Assembly: GCA_963745075.1 (NCBI GenBank)
Contig: CAVUWV010000021.1
Coordinates: 96,001 to 160,000 of the forward strand
DNA: 64,000 nucleotides
Origin: Candidatus Hydrogenedentota bacterium
GTDB taxonomy: Bacteria > Hydrogenedentota > Hydrogenedentia > Hydrogenedentales > SLHB01
Reading direction: 5' to 3'
Every line of letters begins with the position of its first letter. The first letter of the stretch is position 1. Positions 28,201 through 38,055 of the stretch are shown here, piece after piece. Under the pieces are notes generated by a model. That model did not search any database. It saw nothing but the letters and a program-made list of their open reading frames with translations, and was not told the origin of the DNA. The position numbers and the translations under genes were made by a program.

Positions 28201-28613
28201 AACAGAGTTCCGTGAGCGGACTGACGGAAACGGGCGTGCCCATCGAGGATCTGCGCGAAGCCGAAACGACACTGCGCGCTGAGGATGGCCGGACCATCTT
28301 CATCGGCGGCCTGCGCAACGTTTCCGACACCCACGCCGTGAGCAAGATTCCGGTACTCGGCGATATCCCCTTGCTCAACATCATGTTCAAGAACAGCAAC
28401 ATCGAAAAGGTCAACACCGAGCTGTTGATCTTCCTGACGTGCAAAGTGCTCGGCGACAGCCTTCCGGAACTGTCGCCGTCCCATCAGCGGGAATACGATA
28501 AGCTCGATGCGACGCCTGAGGTCCCGGACTCGCAGCGGGCGCTCTTCAAAGATTACGTGAAACCGCAGGAGATGCGCGACCCCATTTGGAAATGGCGCCG
28601 CTCCGTTCGATAG
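25278..28613 (+). CDS. pilQ: Type IV pilus secretin PilQ with AMIN domain and long insertion
   Basis: KLVVDF...VRTSLF...SRVVID (AMIN); VNIDFREMDL (N0); QVAIEAMIV, GVTLEVTP, IPVLGDIPLL, ELLIFLT (secretin). Confidence 0.92.
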   Translation: MLPRNRTCTVAVLAALLAVAAFAATDAIEERKESIVRVALEKQGREADTALLESARNAAAIVSLKLSGTPGGSMLQIHTNGRPEYDWFFLDGEAKLVVDFKNTINFESGNVLKAENDPLIERVRTSLFALEPQFVSRVVIDMKREAKPLFREVEKGLELQFASAGAPIQESAPAPIGKAIEDVTPTSPSGADGEKPAPLPEGAKQILADLNQQEQAIRDTRAKLEEAALRDRADRPAVSLGETPDADSPAQRALRTFIAQDEATSAEFWQRVDDLTAAANDRIAKLRARVRELQASIENGNVAEKAGKSAMQGLAKEARAGIDTDRAAFADRFAELNSQQAQSQEAFVRLANAAERSPSPTPDTAPGVSAKTVTEALEGLSKQLAKMPELTDAKREAGSEKQTDVADVADAPESPEADAMLDNTLASLQEPVAPVIEDTVLTTPASEMQLVTSVPLDLAAAQLQHGADAAATDPPAKPKPESTPKPESTPEPAPAPETENKAMPTPAKEAAPAKEKAPVQEKQAEPVEAKPAKEEPKPAAAEMKPEAKPAMEKPVEKPVEQPAAATPAIETVEQEPLGEVERQQLPPGMDPLDQPVNIDFREMDLSAVVSLLAKKAQVNVIAGTDIIGTVTADIRNVPLRQAMDMVLRMNGLGIVEEEGVFRIVPYDEAVAARRMTRMVVLKNAQANDVKLTLDGILVGAQDAQLVTLSANDATNVLIVSGPEKRVDEFEDLAHQLDVSEPALPTVTEAIKLNYLEPADAKPIAESLITEDIGKVEADAQGRHLIVTDMPVVVEQIRRVLSDVDKPVKQVAIEAMIVDAVMRDASQTGVSWMLDAIRKYSTNGDLISDVSQAGFRSNLGVPFDITGNPSAAGLPQALDAGAITLGILTNDIRLNSVIAAEAQSRNAEILANPSVVTVENQPATISIVQEFPYQEITQGLTGPPVATTEFKDIGVTLEVTPRVTHENDTIIAIKAKQSSVSGLTETGVPIEDLREAETTLRAEDGRTIFIGGLRNVSDTHAVSKIPVLGDIPLLNIMFKNSNIEKVNTELLIFLTCKVLGDSLPELSPSHQREYDKLDATPEVPDSQRALFKDYVKPQEMRDPIWKWRRSVR

Positions 28614-28630
28614 AATAATCGGAACGATCG

Positions 28631-28671
28631 ACGAGGCCGCGGACCAAAACCGGTTCGCGGCCTCGTTCGTT
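28631..28671 (+). terminator. Hairpin after pilQ, probable terminator
   Basis: ACGAGGCCGCGGACC/GGTTCGCGGCCTCGT followed by TCGTT. Confidence 0.6.
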
Positions 28672-28829
28672 GATGGTAAAATGATTCGTCCCCCGCCCCA
28701 CGACGGGATCGTGTGTAAGGCAATAAACCTGCGCCTATTTGCCGTGCAGGGAGGCGATTCGGTACACTCGCCTGACGGCTTGCGTCGCGCAACGAAAGCC
28801 CCCCATGACAGGTAAATCAGAGAAGCTAG

Positions 28830-29318
28830 ATGTTCGGTTCTGATGAAATGCGTGAGATATATCTCCGCACAAAGATCGTCAAACGGCCAACGTACGGTGT
28901 CGTAAGCGGTTACCACGAATTGCCTTACGTTTGCCTGGGCAAACAGTGGGAAACCGCGAACGGCACGGTACGGGTCCGCGGAACGGTACACGTGTCGCCG
29001 CGATTCATAATCCGGCCGTCGCAATATGAACCCAGCTATGAGGAAATCTTCGGCGAGGAGAATGTCGACACGGCGCTTACGGGTCGCCTGTTCGGTTTTC
29101 TCGGGTTCCGCGGCAAACCGGTGGAATGCACATCCGACCGTCTGGACGTGAAGCGGCTGGAGGCGCATCTCGATCGGGTCCTTGCCGAGACGCTGGACGA
29201 ATTGGAACGGCACGAAGACATTTCAACCGGGGTCATTATCACGCCGAACAGCCGGTACTTTCCCGTTTCGGTCGAGCGATTCATCGCCAGTGTACTGGAC
29301 GACGAATTCTCGCTATGA
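28830..29318 (+). CDS. Hypothetical cytoplasmic protein (162 aa)
   Basis: Natural-looking composition and codon usage; no family recognised. Confidence 0.7.
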   Translation: MFGSDEMREIYLRTKIVKRPTYGVVSGYHELPYVCLGKQWETANGTVRVRGTVHVSPRFIIRPSQYEPSYEEIFGEENVDTALTGRLFGFLGFRGKPVECTSDRLDVKRLEAHLDRVLAETLDELERHEDISTGVIITPNSRYFPVSVERFIASVLDDEFSL

Positions 29319-29365
29319 TCGGCCCGTCGGCGTCCCCCGGCGATCCCCAACATGTGAAGGAGGAA

Positions 29366-29641
29366 ATGGTGAAAAGCGCATACGAAATCGCCCTCGAACG
29401 CCTGGAAAAAGAGCACGGTCCGGTCCAGACGCTCTCCGACGACCAGCGCCAGGAAATCGCCGCGATCGACAAGCGGTATGACTCGCAAATCGCGGAAGAG
29501 CGTCTGAAACTCGACGGCCGGCTTTCTCAGGCGGCATCGGCCGAGGAGGTCGAACAAATCCGCGCGGAGTCGGCGGAGCACATCGCCTCCCTCGAGGAGA
29601 AGCGCGAGAAAGAAAAAGAAACCATCTGGAACGCCAACTAG
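29366..29641 (+). CDS. Small coiled-coil hypothetical protein (MVKSAYEIALERL...)
   Basis: Strong RBS AAGGAGG; helical and charged. Confidence 0.75.
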   Translation: MVKSAYEIALERLEKEHGPVQTLSDDQRQEIAAIDKRYDSQIAEERLKLDGRLSQAASAEEVEQIRAESAEHIASLEEKREKEKETIWNAN

Positions 29642-29653
29642 GTTGGCCCGGCC

Positions 29654-31091
29654 TTGATCCCGATCCTCAGCAGGGTTGCTTCGGGCCTCCGGGGGTGGCG
29701 CGCACTTCTTGCGACGATTCTCGTCCTCGGGGGACTGGTCGTATGGGACCAGCATATCCAGCAGACCGCTCCTCTGTATGGGGTGCGTCCGGCCAACGCG
29801 ACGTGGGTTCTCTCCACAGGCGACTTTCCCAAGTTCTGGCGTGATTTCGAAGGGGGCGACGTGTTCGCGCGCGTCCAGGATGACTGGCCCCGGCCCCAAG
29901 GAAGCTTCGAACTGGCCCTCCGGCTTGCGACCGGCGTTCGCCCCACTCCCACGCGCTGGCGCGTTTGGATGGGCAAACGATTGACGGTCAGCCAGTCCCC
30001 CGACGGAATCGGTTGCAGTGTGTACCCTGGACTCCTCCTGCGCATCGTATCCCGCGGAGTGCAAATGTTCGGCCACGGCCCGGACGCATCGGGTATTGCC
30101 CGAATGGGGGACGTTCTACTACTCGTGGCGCAGCGGTTTCTTGATTCTTTCCCGCGATCGCCCCTATGTCGAAGCCTGCATGATGAACACCGATGCAACT
30201 CCTTTGCGATCCGGGAACGACGCGCAAATTGCGTTGCAGTGGACCGGCCCCAACGAGGGCTATATCCGCACGCTCCCGGGTACCGGGTTACCGGTCGAAG
30301 GACGCTGCCGCATACCACTGTCCGACGGCGACACGCCGCTGAGTCTCACCAACGCCTGGCCTGCTCCCCCCGTCTTTGCGGTCGCGGCGCGAACCCCGCA
30401 GGACTTGGAGACGCTGGGAAATGTCGCCGAACGCGCCTTACGTTCAACAGCCCCCTGGAAGGAGATCGCGTCGACGGCGCGTGAACTCGTGAAGACGTGG
30501 GATCTGCATGCTCCGCCGAAGGATTGGGATCGGGGCGTCGAGCAAGTGGCCGTCGCCGTGCTCGGTGTTGACACCGCCGAATTCCTCCCGATTCCCGATA
30601 CCGCATTCGTCATGCGGCAAAATGGTCCGACCGACGGCGAACATCCCCTTCGGCCAATGTTTGGCGATGACTTGACCATCGATTACGAGTGGCAAGGCCA
30701 GCCGGGAACGTCCGTACCATGGCTCGGAGAAAGCGTATCGCCATGCCTGTGCGGGTACGGCCGTGACTGGATTCTGACCACGAACGAACCCCGCATGGCC
30801 TCCCTGGCGGGCGCGCTCCTCCCAGGCCCCACCGAGGCGCCGGACGTTGACGTGACCGCCCGCGTCGAGTGGGATGCCACCGCAGGCGCCGCAAAGTCGA
30901 TGCTGCTCCAACTCGCATCGCGGGACCTGCTTCCCGAGTATGGTCTTCAGGATGCCGAGGCCGACCTGTCCCCCAAGCTCGACGCCCTTGGCAAACTCGG
31001 GTCGTTTCGGCTCGATGGCCGGGTCCTCGAGGACGGCTGGCTCGAATTCGATGGTCGTCTATTCGATTCGGGACCGTCTGATGAGGAATAA
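29654..31091 (+). CDS. Membrane-anchored hypothetical protein split by a 1-nt frameshift at the G5 run 30106-30110
   Basis: Removing one G joins ...SGIARMG to TFYYSWRSGFLILSRDR...; N-terminal TM helix. Confidence 0.6.
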
Positions 31092-31416
31092 GCGGCGGAA
31101 TACTGTCGTGACTCCAAAAACAGCAGTCGACGCGATGGCACGGTTGCGAGAGCGGACTCTTCCAAGGGTTTCCGCAAGGCCTGCTGGTCGTCATCGCGGC
31201 GAGCACCGCATAACCAGAAAGACCACAGCCGGGAGCGGCTGTGCCACACGCGCTTGCCTGGCATTCGTGTCCCGGATGTCGGCCGCGGTTTTGGGCGAAT
31301 ACGCTTTCCGGATTGATAAAGCCGGAGTCGGTCGAGTTAAACGTGTGGCACAGCCGCTCCCGGCTGTGGTCTTCCAACAAGAACCGCGACGGTCTCGTTC
31401 AACTGCCGTTTTGAGA

Positions 31417-33324
31417 ATGGCCGCTTGGTGCCTCTGTGCCGTGACCGTTGCTGCCGCATCCCCTTATGGGTTTATCGGGACTCTCGGCGATGGAAATGGC
31501 AGCACGGCGGTTTCGGGCAACGGGCGATTGACCGTTGGCGTGAATGCCTTCGGACACATTGACGCGTGCCGGTGGCCGGGTCCGGCCCGAGCCAATCAGA
31601 TTTCCTCCGTGCCCGCAGACCCTGAGACCGATAGCCGATACGGCCTGCTGTGGGGGCTTCGTATTGGCGACAAGACGGTATGGCTCGACGGCGCCCACGA
31701 AATCACGCACTCCCAATCGGTCCCTGCGAACGGACCGATTATCCGCACGCAATCGGATCTCGACGGGGTTCCGGGCGCGGTCGTCCAAGAAACTTTCGTG
31801 CTTGGCGACCGCGACGTCTTGGTCGCCCGGATTCAGGTCTCACCTGCGATGCAGGGCCAGGCGATTTGGTACGCAGATGCATCGCCGTGCTCGACGGTCG
31901 TTCCGGAGCTGCCCTTTCTGTCTTTCCTTTGGCGCGGCGGGCAGGATTTCGCCGCATTCGCCGACGAAACGCGTCGCACTGTCTATCAATTTCGGCCCAA
32001 GGATCTCGCGGCGCAGGATTGGGCCGAAGCGCGCCGCTGGATCAGCGACCCTGAAACACCGCAGCCGGAAGTATTTCAACGGGACGGCGTATGGATCGCC
32101 TATGCCTGCGCCGGCGGTCTGCAATCGTCTTCCTGCAGTGACGGCACGCACGCCGGTCCATCCGCAGTCGGTGACTGCACGGCGACAGCAGTCCCCACTC
32201 TGGAAGATGGAGACCGGGTACGAACGGCCACGATGTACGTGGCGTTTGGGGCCAGCCGGAAGGGCGTGGACGACGACATCGCGTTTGCGCTGGAGCGTGG
32301 ATACGACGCCTTGCGCCAGTCAATGCTCGACGCCTGGGAGCCCGTCCTGGCGGGGGCGTCGCATGTGCTTTCGCCGGACTCGCCCGAATTTCGGGAACCG
32401 TTGCTTCACGAGTTGACAACCCTCTCCATTGCCACAAGCCAGGAGAGCGGCGCCATCGTCCGGGCGCCTGGATCGCAACCGGTCCTCGCTCTGGATTACC
32501 CGCGCCACAGCATTTGGGCCGGGTTGGCCCTGGACTTTCTAGGGCTGACGGAAACGTCGCAACGGCATCTCGAGTTCCTGCTTTCCCTCGTACGGATCGA
32601 AGACCGCACCGGAATGCCCGCCGGGTCGCTCCCCGTCGCCGTCTATGGCGACGGCACGCAGGGGCTTCCCCATGCGGTGCTGGACGGTGAAGCGGCCGGA
32701 TGGCTGCTCTGGGCGGTTCAACAGCACGACACCTTCCTGTCCGGGGAACGTCACGAAGCGTTCATTGCAGACTCCTGGCCCGCCCTGGATAACCTGGCAA
32801 CGTTTCTCATGAGCCGGTCGGACGTGGACTCGGGTATCCCGCCCTATTCGTTCAACTCGCGCGCACTACGCGAGGAAACCACAGACGATTTCCTGATTGC
32901 GTGTTGCGTGGGACTGCGCAGTGCCTCGGCCCTCGCCCACCTTGCGGGACAGGATCGGCCCGAATGGGCCGCGCGCGTAAAGGCCCTGGAGGATGCCCTC
33001 GAATCGCGGGCGTTCTCGACCGGCGGAACCTGGACTGCTGCGCGCCCCCTCTCCTACTGGGCGGCGGGGATACTGGACCCGGGCGACCCACGGTGGGACG
33101 CGGCCACACAACAGGCCCTCGCATCGCTCGATGCCGCACCTCCGGACGAAGCCCTGCGCACGCTCTGCGATCTGGCGTTTCTTTGGCGTGACCAGCCCGG
33201 CCGTCTTCAAACGTTGAAACCAATCCTGTTACCGGCAATAGAACGGGCTCGCGCCGTACGCCCGGTGGACAGCCTGGACGCCGCCCGCGCAATCCTAGCA
33301 ATCGTAATGGCTTGCGGTTCTTGA
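31417..33324 (+). CDS. GH15/glucoamylase-like (alpha/alpha)6 protein, probably exported (start uncertain)
   Basis: SGNGRLTVGVN...RWP N-domain; SGAIVRAP, YPRH.., DGEAAGWLLWA core. Confidence 0.6.
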   Translation: MAAWCLCAVTVAAASPYGFIGTLGDGNGSTAVSGNGRLTVGVNAFGHIDACRWPGPARANQISSVPADPETDSRYGLLWGLRIGDKTVWLDGAHEITHSQSVPANGPIIRTQSDLDGVPGAVVQETFVLGDRDVLVARIQVSPAMQGQAIWYADASPCSTVVPELPFLSFLWRGGQDFAAFADETRRTVYQFRPKDLAAQDWAEARRWISDPETPQPEVFQRDGVWIAYACAGGLQSSSCSDGTHAGPSAVGDCTATAVPTLEDGDRVRTATMYVAFGASRKGVDDDIAFALERGYDALRQSMLDAWEPVLAGASHVLSPDSPEFREPLLHELTTLSIATSQESGAIVRAPGSQPVLALDYPRHSIWAGLALDFLGLTETSQRHLEFLLSLVRIEDRTGMPAGSLPVAVYGDGTQGLPHAVLDGEAAGWLLWAVQQHDTFLSGERHEAFIADSWPALDNLATFLMSRSDVDSGIPPYSFNSRALREETTDDFLIACCVGLRSASALAHLAGQDRPEWAARVKALEDALESRAFSTGGTWTAARPLSYWAAGILDPGDPRWDAATQQALASLDAAPPDEALRTLCDLAFLWRDQPGRLQTLKPILLPAIERARAVRPVDSLDAARAILAIVMACGS

Positions 33325-33536
33325 TTCGTTAATTTTCGGGTTGTCCCGCGCCATGGTATGATGCGGTACCTGGAATCTTTCGGATGCGAGCCCAGTGGGG
33401 TTACTCGCGAACACAGTCCATCGCCGGTTGCGGTGGAGAATGTGGGTTTGGTTTGCGAAGAGACCAGCGTTTCTCTATGCTAGAGCGCTAGTGGCGCTGG
33501 TCCACAACATGCAGGGGTTCATAAGGGGAACACACG

Positions 33537-34301
33537 ATGGCATGGTACTACGCGCAAGGGAATGACCGGGTTGGACCGCTCACGGACGAGGCGTTCCAGC
33601 AGTTGGTCCACCAAGGGTCGATCACCGAGGAAACGCTGGTCTGGCGTGAAGGGATGGAGAATTGGGCCCCGTACGGGACGGTCCAGCCCCAGACGCCGGC
33701 CGGCGGCCCCCCACAGCCGGAAGACATTCAAGCAGCGCCCATGACGATCTGTTCCTCGTGCGGCCGCACCTTCCCCTCGGATGAAGTCATCGAGTATCAG
33801 GGCAGCTACATCTGCGCCGAATGCAAACCCATCTTCTTTCAACAACTGAAGGAAGGCGCCCTGGTAGGCGGAGCCATGGACTACGCCGGGTTCTGGATTC
33901 GCGTCGGCGCCTATCTCATCGACTACGTCATCTTGTTTGTTCCCAGTTTGGTCGTTGGTTTATTGATCAATTTGGTTATGGCGGCGATGCAGCAAACTTC
34001 GTTCAATCCACTTTATGCCTTGGTGATGGCGCTGTTGTATTTGCTCAATATCGCGATTCCCATGACGTACGAGACCTATTTTGTCGGAAAGTTCGGCCAG
34101 ACCCCGGGCAAAATGGTCTGCGGAATCAAGATCGTGCGTCCCGACGGGTCCTCGCTGACCTATTTGCGGGCCTTTGGACGCTATTGGGCGAGGATCCTGA
34201 GTTTCATGGTGTGCTTGGTCGGCGTAATTATCGTTGGCTTCGACGAGGAAAAGCGCGGGTTGCACGATCACATATGCGACACGCGGGTCATTCGCGTGTA
34301 A
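33537..34301 (+). CDS. GYF_2 + zinc-ribbon + RDD membrane protein
   Basis: WYYA...GP...TLVWREGMENW (GYF_2); CxxC...CxxC; YAGFWIRVGAYLID, GQTPGK, GLHDHICDTRV (RDD). Confidence 0.88.
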   Translation: MAWYYAQGNDRVGPLTDEAFQQLVHQGSITEETLVWREGMENWAPYGTVQPQTPAGGPPQPEDIQAAPMTICSSCGRTFPSDEVIEYQGSYICAECKPIFFQQLKEGALVGGAMDYAGFWIRVGAYLIDYVILFVPSLVVGLLINLVMAAMQQTSFNPLYALVMALLYLLNIAIPMTYETYFVGKFGQTPGKMVCGIKIVRPDGSSLTYLRAFGRYWARILSFMVCLVGVIIVGFDEEKRGLHDHICDTRVIRV

Positions 34302-34313
34302 GGTTCAGATGGT

Positions 34314-34910
34314 ATGCAGGAAACGGTTCTTACTTGCGGTGTGTGTGATGCCCCCATCCCCTTCGAGGCCGTCAACGGCGCGGCCCCGGTGTTGTGCCGG
34401 CAATGCGGTGCCCACGTCGAGGCGGTGGCATATCCCGCATTGTTTCGTGAATTGACGGCGGGCACGTCCGGCGAACGCGTGTTGTTTGACGATGAGAGCA
34501 GTTGTTTCTACCACCCCAAGAAACGGGCCGTTGTACCCTGCGACCTCTGCGGCCGGTTTCTTTGTGCCCTGTGCGACGTGGAACTGAACGACCAGCACCT
34601 GTGCCCATCTTGCATCGACGCGGGAAAGTCAAAAGGCAAGATGGAACACCTCGAGAATAAGCGCACGCGCTACGACCGCGTGGCCTTGGCGCTCGCCCTT
34701 CTACCTATTGTGTTCTTTATTCCGATGATCTATTTTGTCATCTTCACGGCTCCGGCTGCGCTGTTTGTAACGGTCCGGCATTGGCGAACGCCTTTGAGCC
34801 CGGTGCGGCCATGGCGGTGGCGCTTTGTCCTCGCGTTTCTTATCGGGATTCTCCAGATTTCGGCTATCGGGATATTCATCACGATGATCGTCCTTGAGGC
34901 GGTCTCGTGA
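34314..34910 (+). CDS. Zinc ribbon + B-box-like zinc finger membrane protein
   Basis: CGVC...CRQC; CFYH-x7-CDLC-x4-CALC-x9-CPSC; C-terminal TM helices. Confidence 0.75.
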   Translation: MQETVLTCGVCDAPIPFEAVNGAAPVLCRQCGAHVEAVAYPALFRELTAGTSGERVLFDDESSCFYHPKKRAVVPCDLCGRFLCALCDVELNDQHLCPSCIDAGKSKGKMEHLENKRTRYDRVALALALLPIVFFIPMIYFVIFTAPAALFVTVRHWRTPLSPVRPWRWRFVLAFLIGILQISAIGIFITMIVLEAVS

Positions 34911-35956
34911 TGGCGGAGGCGCAAATACCCTACAAGAGAATTGGGGCATGGTCCGTTAAGCGGATGACCGGCCAACGGTTATGGCTGAACGGTGACCATC
35001 TGTTGTCGATTTCGTCCCATTACATCACGGAACATTATAAGCGATTCTATTTCAATGACATACAGGCCATAACCATTACCCGAACCGTGACCGGAATGCT
35101 CATCAATGTCGCATTGGGGATACTCGCTGGCACTTTCTTCCTTTGGGCCGTATTCGCGTACATGACGCCGGGCTGGAGTCTGGGTGCTGTAAGCGCGATC
35201 GGCGTGATTGCCGCGTTCTGCACGGTATTCCTGGCACTCAACATCGTTCTGGGCCCCACATGCCGATGCTATCTCTATACGGCCGTTCACTGTGAGGAAC
35301 TATTCTGCCTGGGCCGCGTCCGGCGGGCTCGCCGCGTCATTCGAAATGTACAACCCCTAATCGAAGCGGCGCAGGAAGGTACCCTGAGCGATGGCGATAT
35401 GGACGCCTTACGGATGCGGCAAGGCGATGTTTACGGCTCCCCCGCAATGCTTGTCGAGACGGCGGCACGGGGCAAAACCCCGTTGCGCAGGGAAAGCGGT
35501 ACCGTTCACATGGCTCTCTTCGCGGTGCTCATCATCGACGCAATGATGAGCGTAATCGCGCTGATACAACCGGCAGCGGTGCCGATGCCCGTATCGCTGA
35601 GCGTTCTTCTCACCGTGATCGCGCTCACGGTCACCGCGCTGATTCGTCAGGCCAACAGCACGCTTCCCCGCCAACTGCGCAGCGTGACGTGGGCCACGTT
35701 CTTCTACATCTGTCTGACGGTTTTCTTTCTGTGGGGCGTTATGATCGCCGACCAGGTTGTGCGGGAGATGGATAATCAGGACGTGCCGCCAGACCTGGTT
35801 GCCTTCCAGGCCGGACTCGGCCAGGTCGTGAGTGCGATTTCCGTTATCTTTGACGTGCTATTGAGCACCTTCGGGCTTCGCGTCCTTTGGGAATACCGTA
35901 ATCGCTCGAAGGTCGCGACGGGCCCCTCCCCTGCGTCGTTGTCGGAACAGGAGTAG
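34910..35956 (+). CDS. Multi-pass membrane protein of unknown function
   Basis: EHYKRFYFNDIQAI segment, about 6 TM helices, translationally coupled. Confidence 0.7.
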   Translation: MAEAQIPYKRIGAWSVKRMTGQRLWLNGDHLLSISSHYITEHYKRFYFNDIQAITITRTVTGMLINVALGILAGTFFLWAVFAYMTPGWSLGAVSAIGVIAAFCTVFLALNIVLGPTCRCYLYTAVHCEELFCLGRVRRARRVIRNVQPLIEAAQEGTLSDGDMDALRMRQGDVYGSPAMLVETAARGKTPLRRESGTVHMALFAVLIIDAMMSVIALIQPAAVPMPVSLSVLLTVIALTVTALIRQANSTLPRQLRSVTWATFFYICLTVFFLWGVMIADQVVREMDNQDVPPDLVAFQAGLGQVVSAISVIFDVLLSTFGLRVLWEYRNRSKVATGPSPASLSEQE

Positions 35957-35959
35957 ACT

Positions 35960-36286
35960 GTGGCAAGTTTGGCGGACCAACGCTGTCTCAACCACGCCTT
36001 GCGCGAAGCGGTGGCGCGATGTCCGGAATGCCGCCGATTCTTCTGCCGCGAATGCGTCGTCGAGCACGACGACCGAATGGTCTGCTCGTCATGCCTGCGG
36101 AAACTGGCGGAACAAAAATCGGTGGGAACGCGGCGGCTGATTGCCACGTGGCGCGTCGTGCAATTCATGGGCTGCGTATTCGTCCTGTGGATCTTCTTCT
36201 TTCTCATGGGCCACGCCCTGCTAAAAATCCCGTCCGTCACCCATGATGAGTCGCTCTGGGTAATCAACGGGGCGGACGACCAATGA
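35960..36286 (+). CDS. Small B-box-like zinc finger protein with C-terminal TM helix
   Basis: CLNH-x7-CPEC-x4-CREC-x9-CSSC. Confidence 0.75.
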   Translation: MASLADQRCLNHALREAVARCPECRRFFCRECVVEHDDRMVCSSCLRKLAEQKSVGTRRLIATWRVVQFMGCVFVLWIFFFLMGHALLKIPSVTHDESLWVINGADDQ

Positions 36287-38055
36287 AGCGGCGGCAAAGC
36301 GGCATGCCCGCGCTCGAACTCATTGAAGAGGCGGTGCACCTTCTGCGCACCTCACCCTTCTATATCCTGGGCATGTATTACGTGGGGACACTCCCGTTCA
36401 TCCTGGCGCTGTTGTACTTCTGGGTCGACATGAGTCAGGGCGCATTTTCCCAGAACCATGCGGCCGGGAGCGGGCTTATGCTGGCCGTACTGTTCGTCTG
36501 GATGAAGTCCTGGCAGTCAATCTTCGGCACCTTGGTTCGTGCCCGGCTTTGTGACGACGATCCGCCGCCCTGGACCCTGCGGCGCATCGCGCGGCTCGTG
36601 GAAACGCAGACGATTCTGCAAACGACCGGCCTGCTGGTGCTGCCGGCGGCCATGTTGACCATGCTGCCCTACATCTGGGTTCAGGCCTGGTATCAGAACG
36701 TGACCGTGCTGGGTGATGGCGAAGACAGCAACTTGCGAAAACTTTCGGCACGGGCCTTTCGGCAGGCCCGGCTCTGGCCACGGCAATGCAGCACCATGGT
36801 GTGGCTCCTGAGTCCCGCGCTCGTCGTGATGGCCGCGGCATTGTTCCTGGTCATCGCACCCGTCGTGGAAGCGACTACGCCGGGATGGACGAGCAACTTG
36901 CTCGGAATGTACACGATGCTTTTTACCGTTCTCATGATTCCGTTCAGTCCGTTGGGCATGATCGTCGCCCTGGATTTCGGCGCGCTGATCGCCGTCCTGC
37001 CCAGCATTCTGGAGCGCGTGTTCGGCATCGAAAACATTCTGGCCATGGGTGGAGGCGTCGGCGATTCCACGTTCGAAGCGATCTGTTGCGCCGTGGTCTA
37101 TCTCGTCCTGGATCCCGTCCAGAAGACGGCATACGCCATGCGTTGCTTTTACGGCGAGTCGCTGCAAACCGGCGAAGATTTGAAGGTGGCCTTGCGTCGC
37201 GTGGTGCGCGCGGCGAACCGTCGGGCCACATCGCTGCTGTTGATACTGGCAACCGGTGCAACCATTTGCCTCGGCGCCGCGCCGGTCGCGCACGCGGGCG
37301 ATACGGCCGTGTCTGCGCAAGCGCTGAATCGTGCCATCGATCGCGTGCTCGAACAGCGTGAATACGCATGGCGGCTCGACCGAAAGACGGATACCGACGA
37401 GGAAAAAGGCGCACTCACGATTTGGATGGAATGGATTCAGGAGAAGATCGCCGAGGGCGTACGCAAAGTCCAGACGTGGGTCGAAAAGATCGTGGATTGG
37501 TTCCGGAGTTGGTGGCCCAAGTCAAAAGACGAAGAGCCCAAATCGTGGAGCGGGTGGCGCACGATTCCACGGTGGACCATGTACGGCATTCTCGCCGTAT
37601 TGGCGATTCTGCTGGCCTTCCTCACGTATCGTGCCTGGCGCGTACGGCGATCGCCCATCGCAAAACTCGAAGCAATGCCCGTGCTCCAGGTGCCCGACAT
37701 CGAAGATGAGAGCGTGGGCGCGGACGCCCTGCCGGAAGACGGCTGGCTGGCCTTGGCGCGCGAATTGATGGAAAAGGGCGAATGGCGTCTCGCAATGCGC
37801 GCTTTGTTCCTTGCCGGACTGGCGCTGCTCGCGCGAAACGAAATGATCCGGGTCGCCAAGTACAAGTCCAATCATGAGTACGAACGGGAACTGGCCCGGC
37901 GCGCCCACGCGGAACCGGAAATCCTCAACGTCTTCTCCCAGAGCGTGACCCTCTTTGAACGGGTATGGTACGGAACGCACGAGGCCGGACCGGACCTCGC
38001 GCGCCAGTTCAACGACAACCAGAACAGGATGCGGGCCCTTGCCGAAAAGCCGTAA
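36283..38055 (+). CDS. Membrane protein with C-terminal DUF4129-like domain
   Basis: GEWRLAMRALF...KSNHEYEREL...FERVWYG; multi-TM N-half. Confidence 0.8.
   Translation: MKRRQSGMPALELIEEAVHLLRTSPFYILGMYYVGTLPFILALLYFWVDMSQGAFSQNHAAGSGLMLAVLFVWMKSWQSIFGTLVRARLCDDDPPPWTLRRIARLVETQTILQTTGLLVLPAAMLTMLPYIWVQAWYQNVTVLGDGEDSNLRKLSARAFRQARLWPRQCSTMVWLLSPALVVMAAALFLVIAPVVEATTPGWTSNLLGMYTMLFTVLMIPFSPLGMIVALDFGALIAVLPSILERVFGIENILAMGGGVGDSTFEAICCAVVYLVLDPVQKTAYAMRCFYGESLQTGEDLKVALRRVVRAANRRATSLLLILATGATICLGAAPVAHAGDTAVSAQALNRAIDRVLEQREYAWRLDRKTDTDEEKGALTIWMEWIQEKIAEGVRKVQTWVEKIVDWFRSWWPKSKDEEPKSWSGWRTIPRWTMYGILAVLAILLAFLTYRAWRVRRSPIAKLEAMPVLQVPDIEDESVGADALPEDGWLALARELMEKGEWRLAMRALFLAGLALLARNEMIRVAKYKSNHEYERELARRAHAEPEILNVFSQSVTLFERVWYGTHEAGPDLARQFNDNQNRMRALAEKP

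Noticed and set aside
27348..29213. 621-aa minus-strand ORF and similar long antisense ORFs (624-1760, 7000-8391, 58312-60039)
   Set aside because: Antisense to well-supported genes; expected in GC-rich DNA
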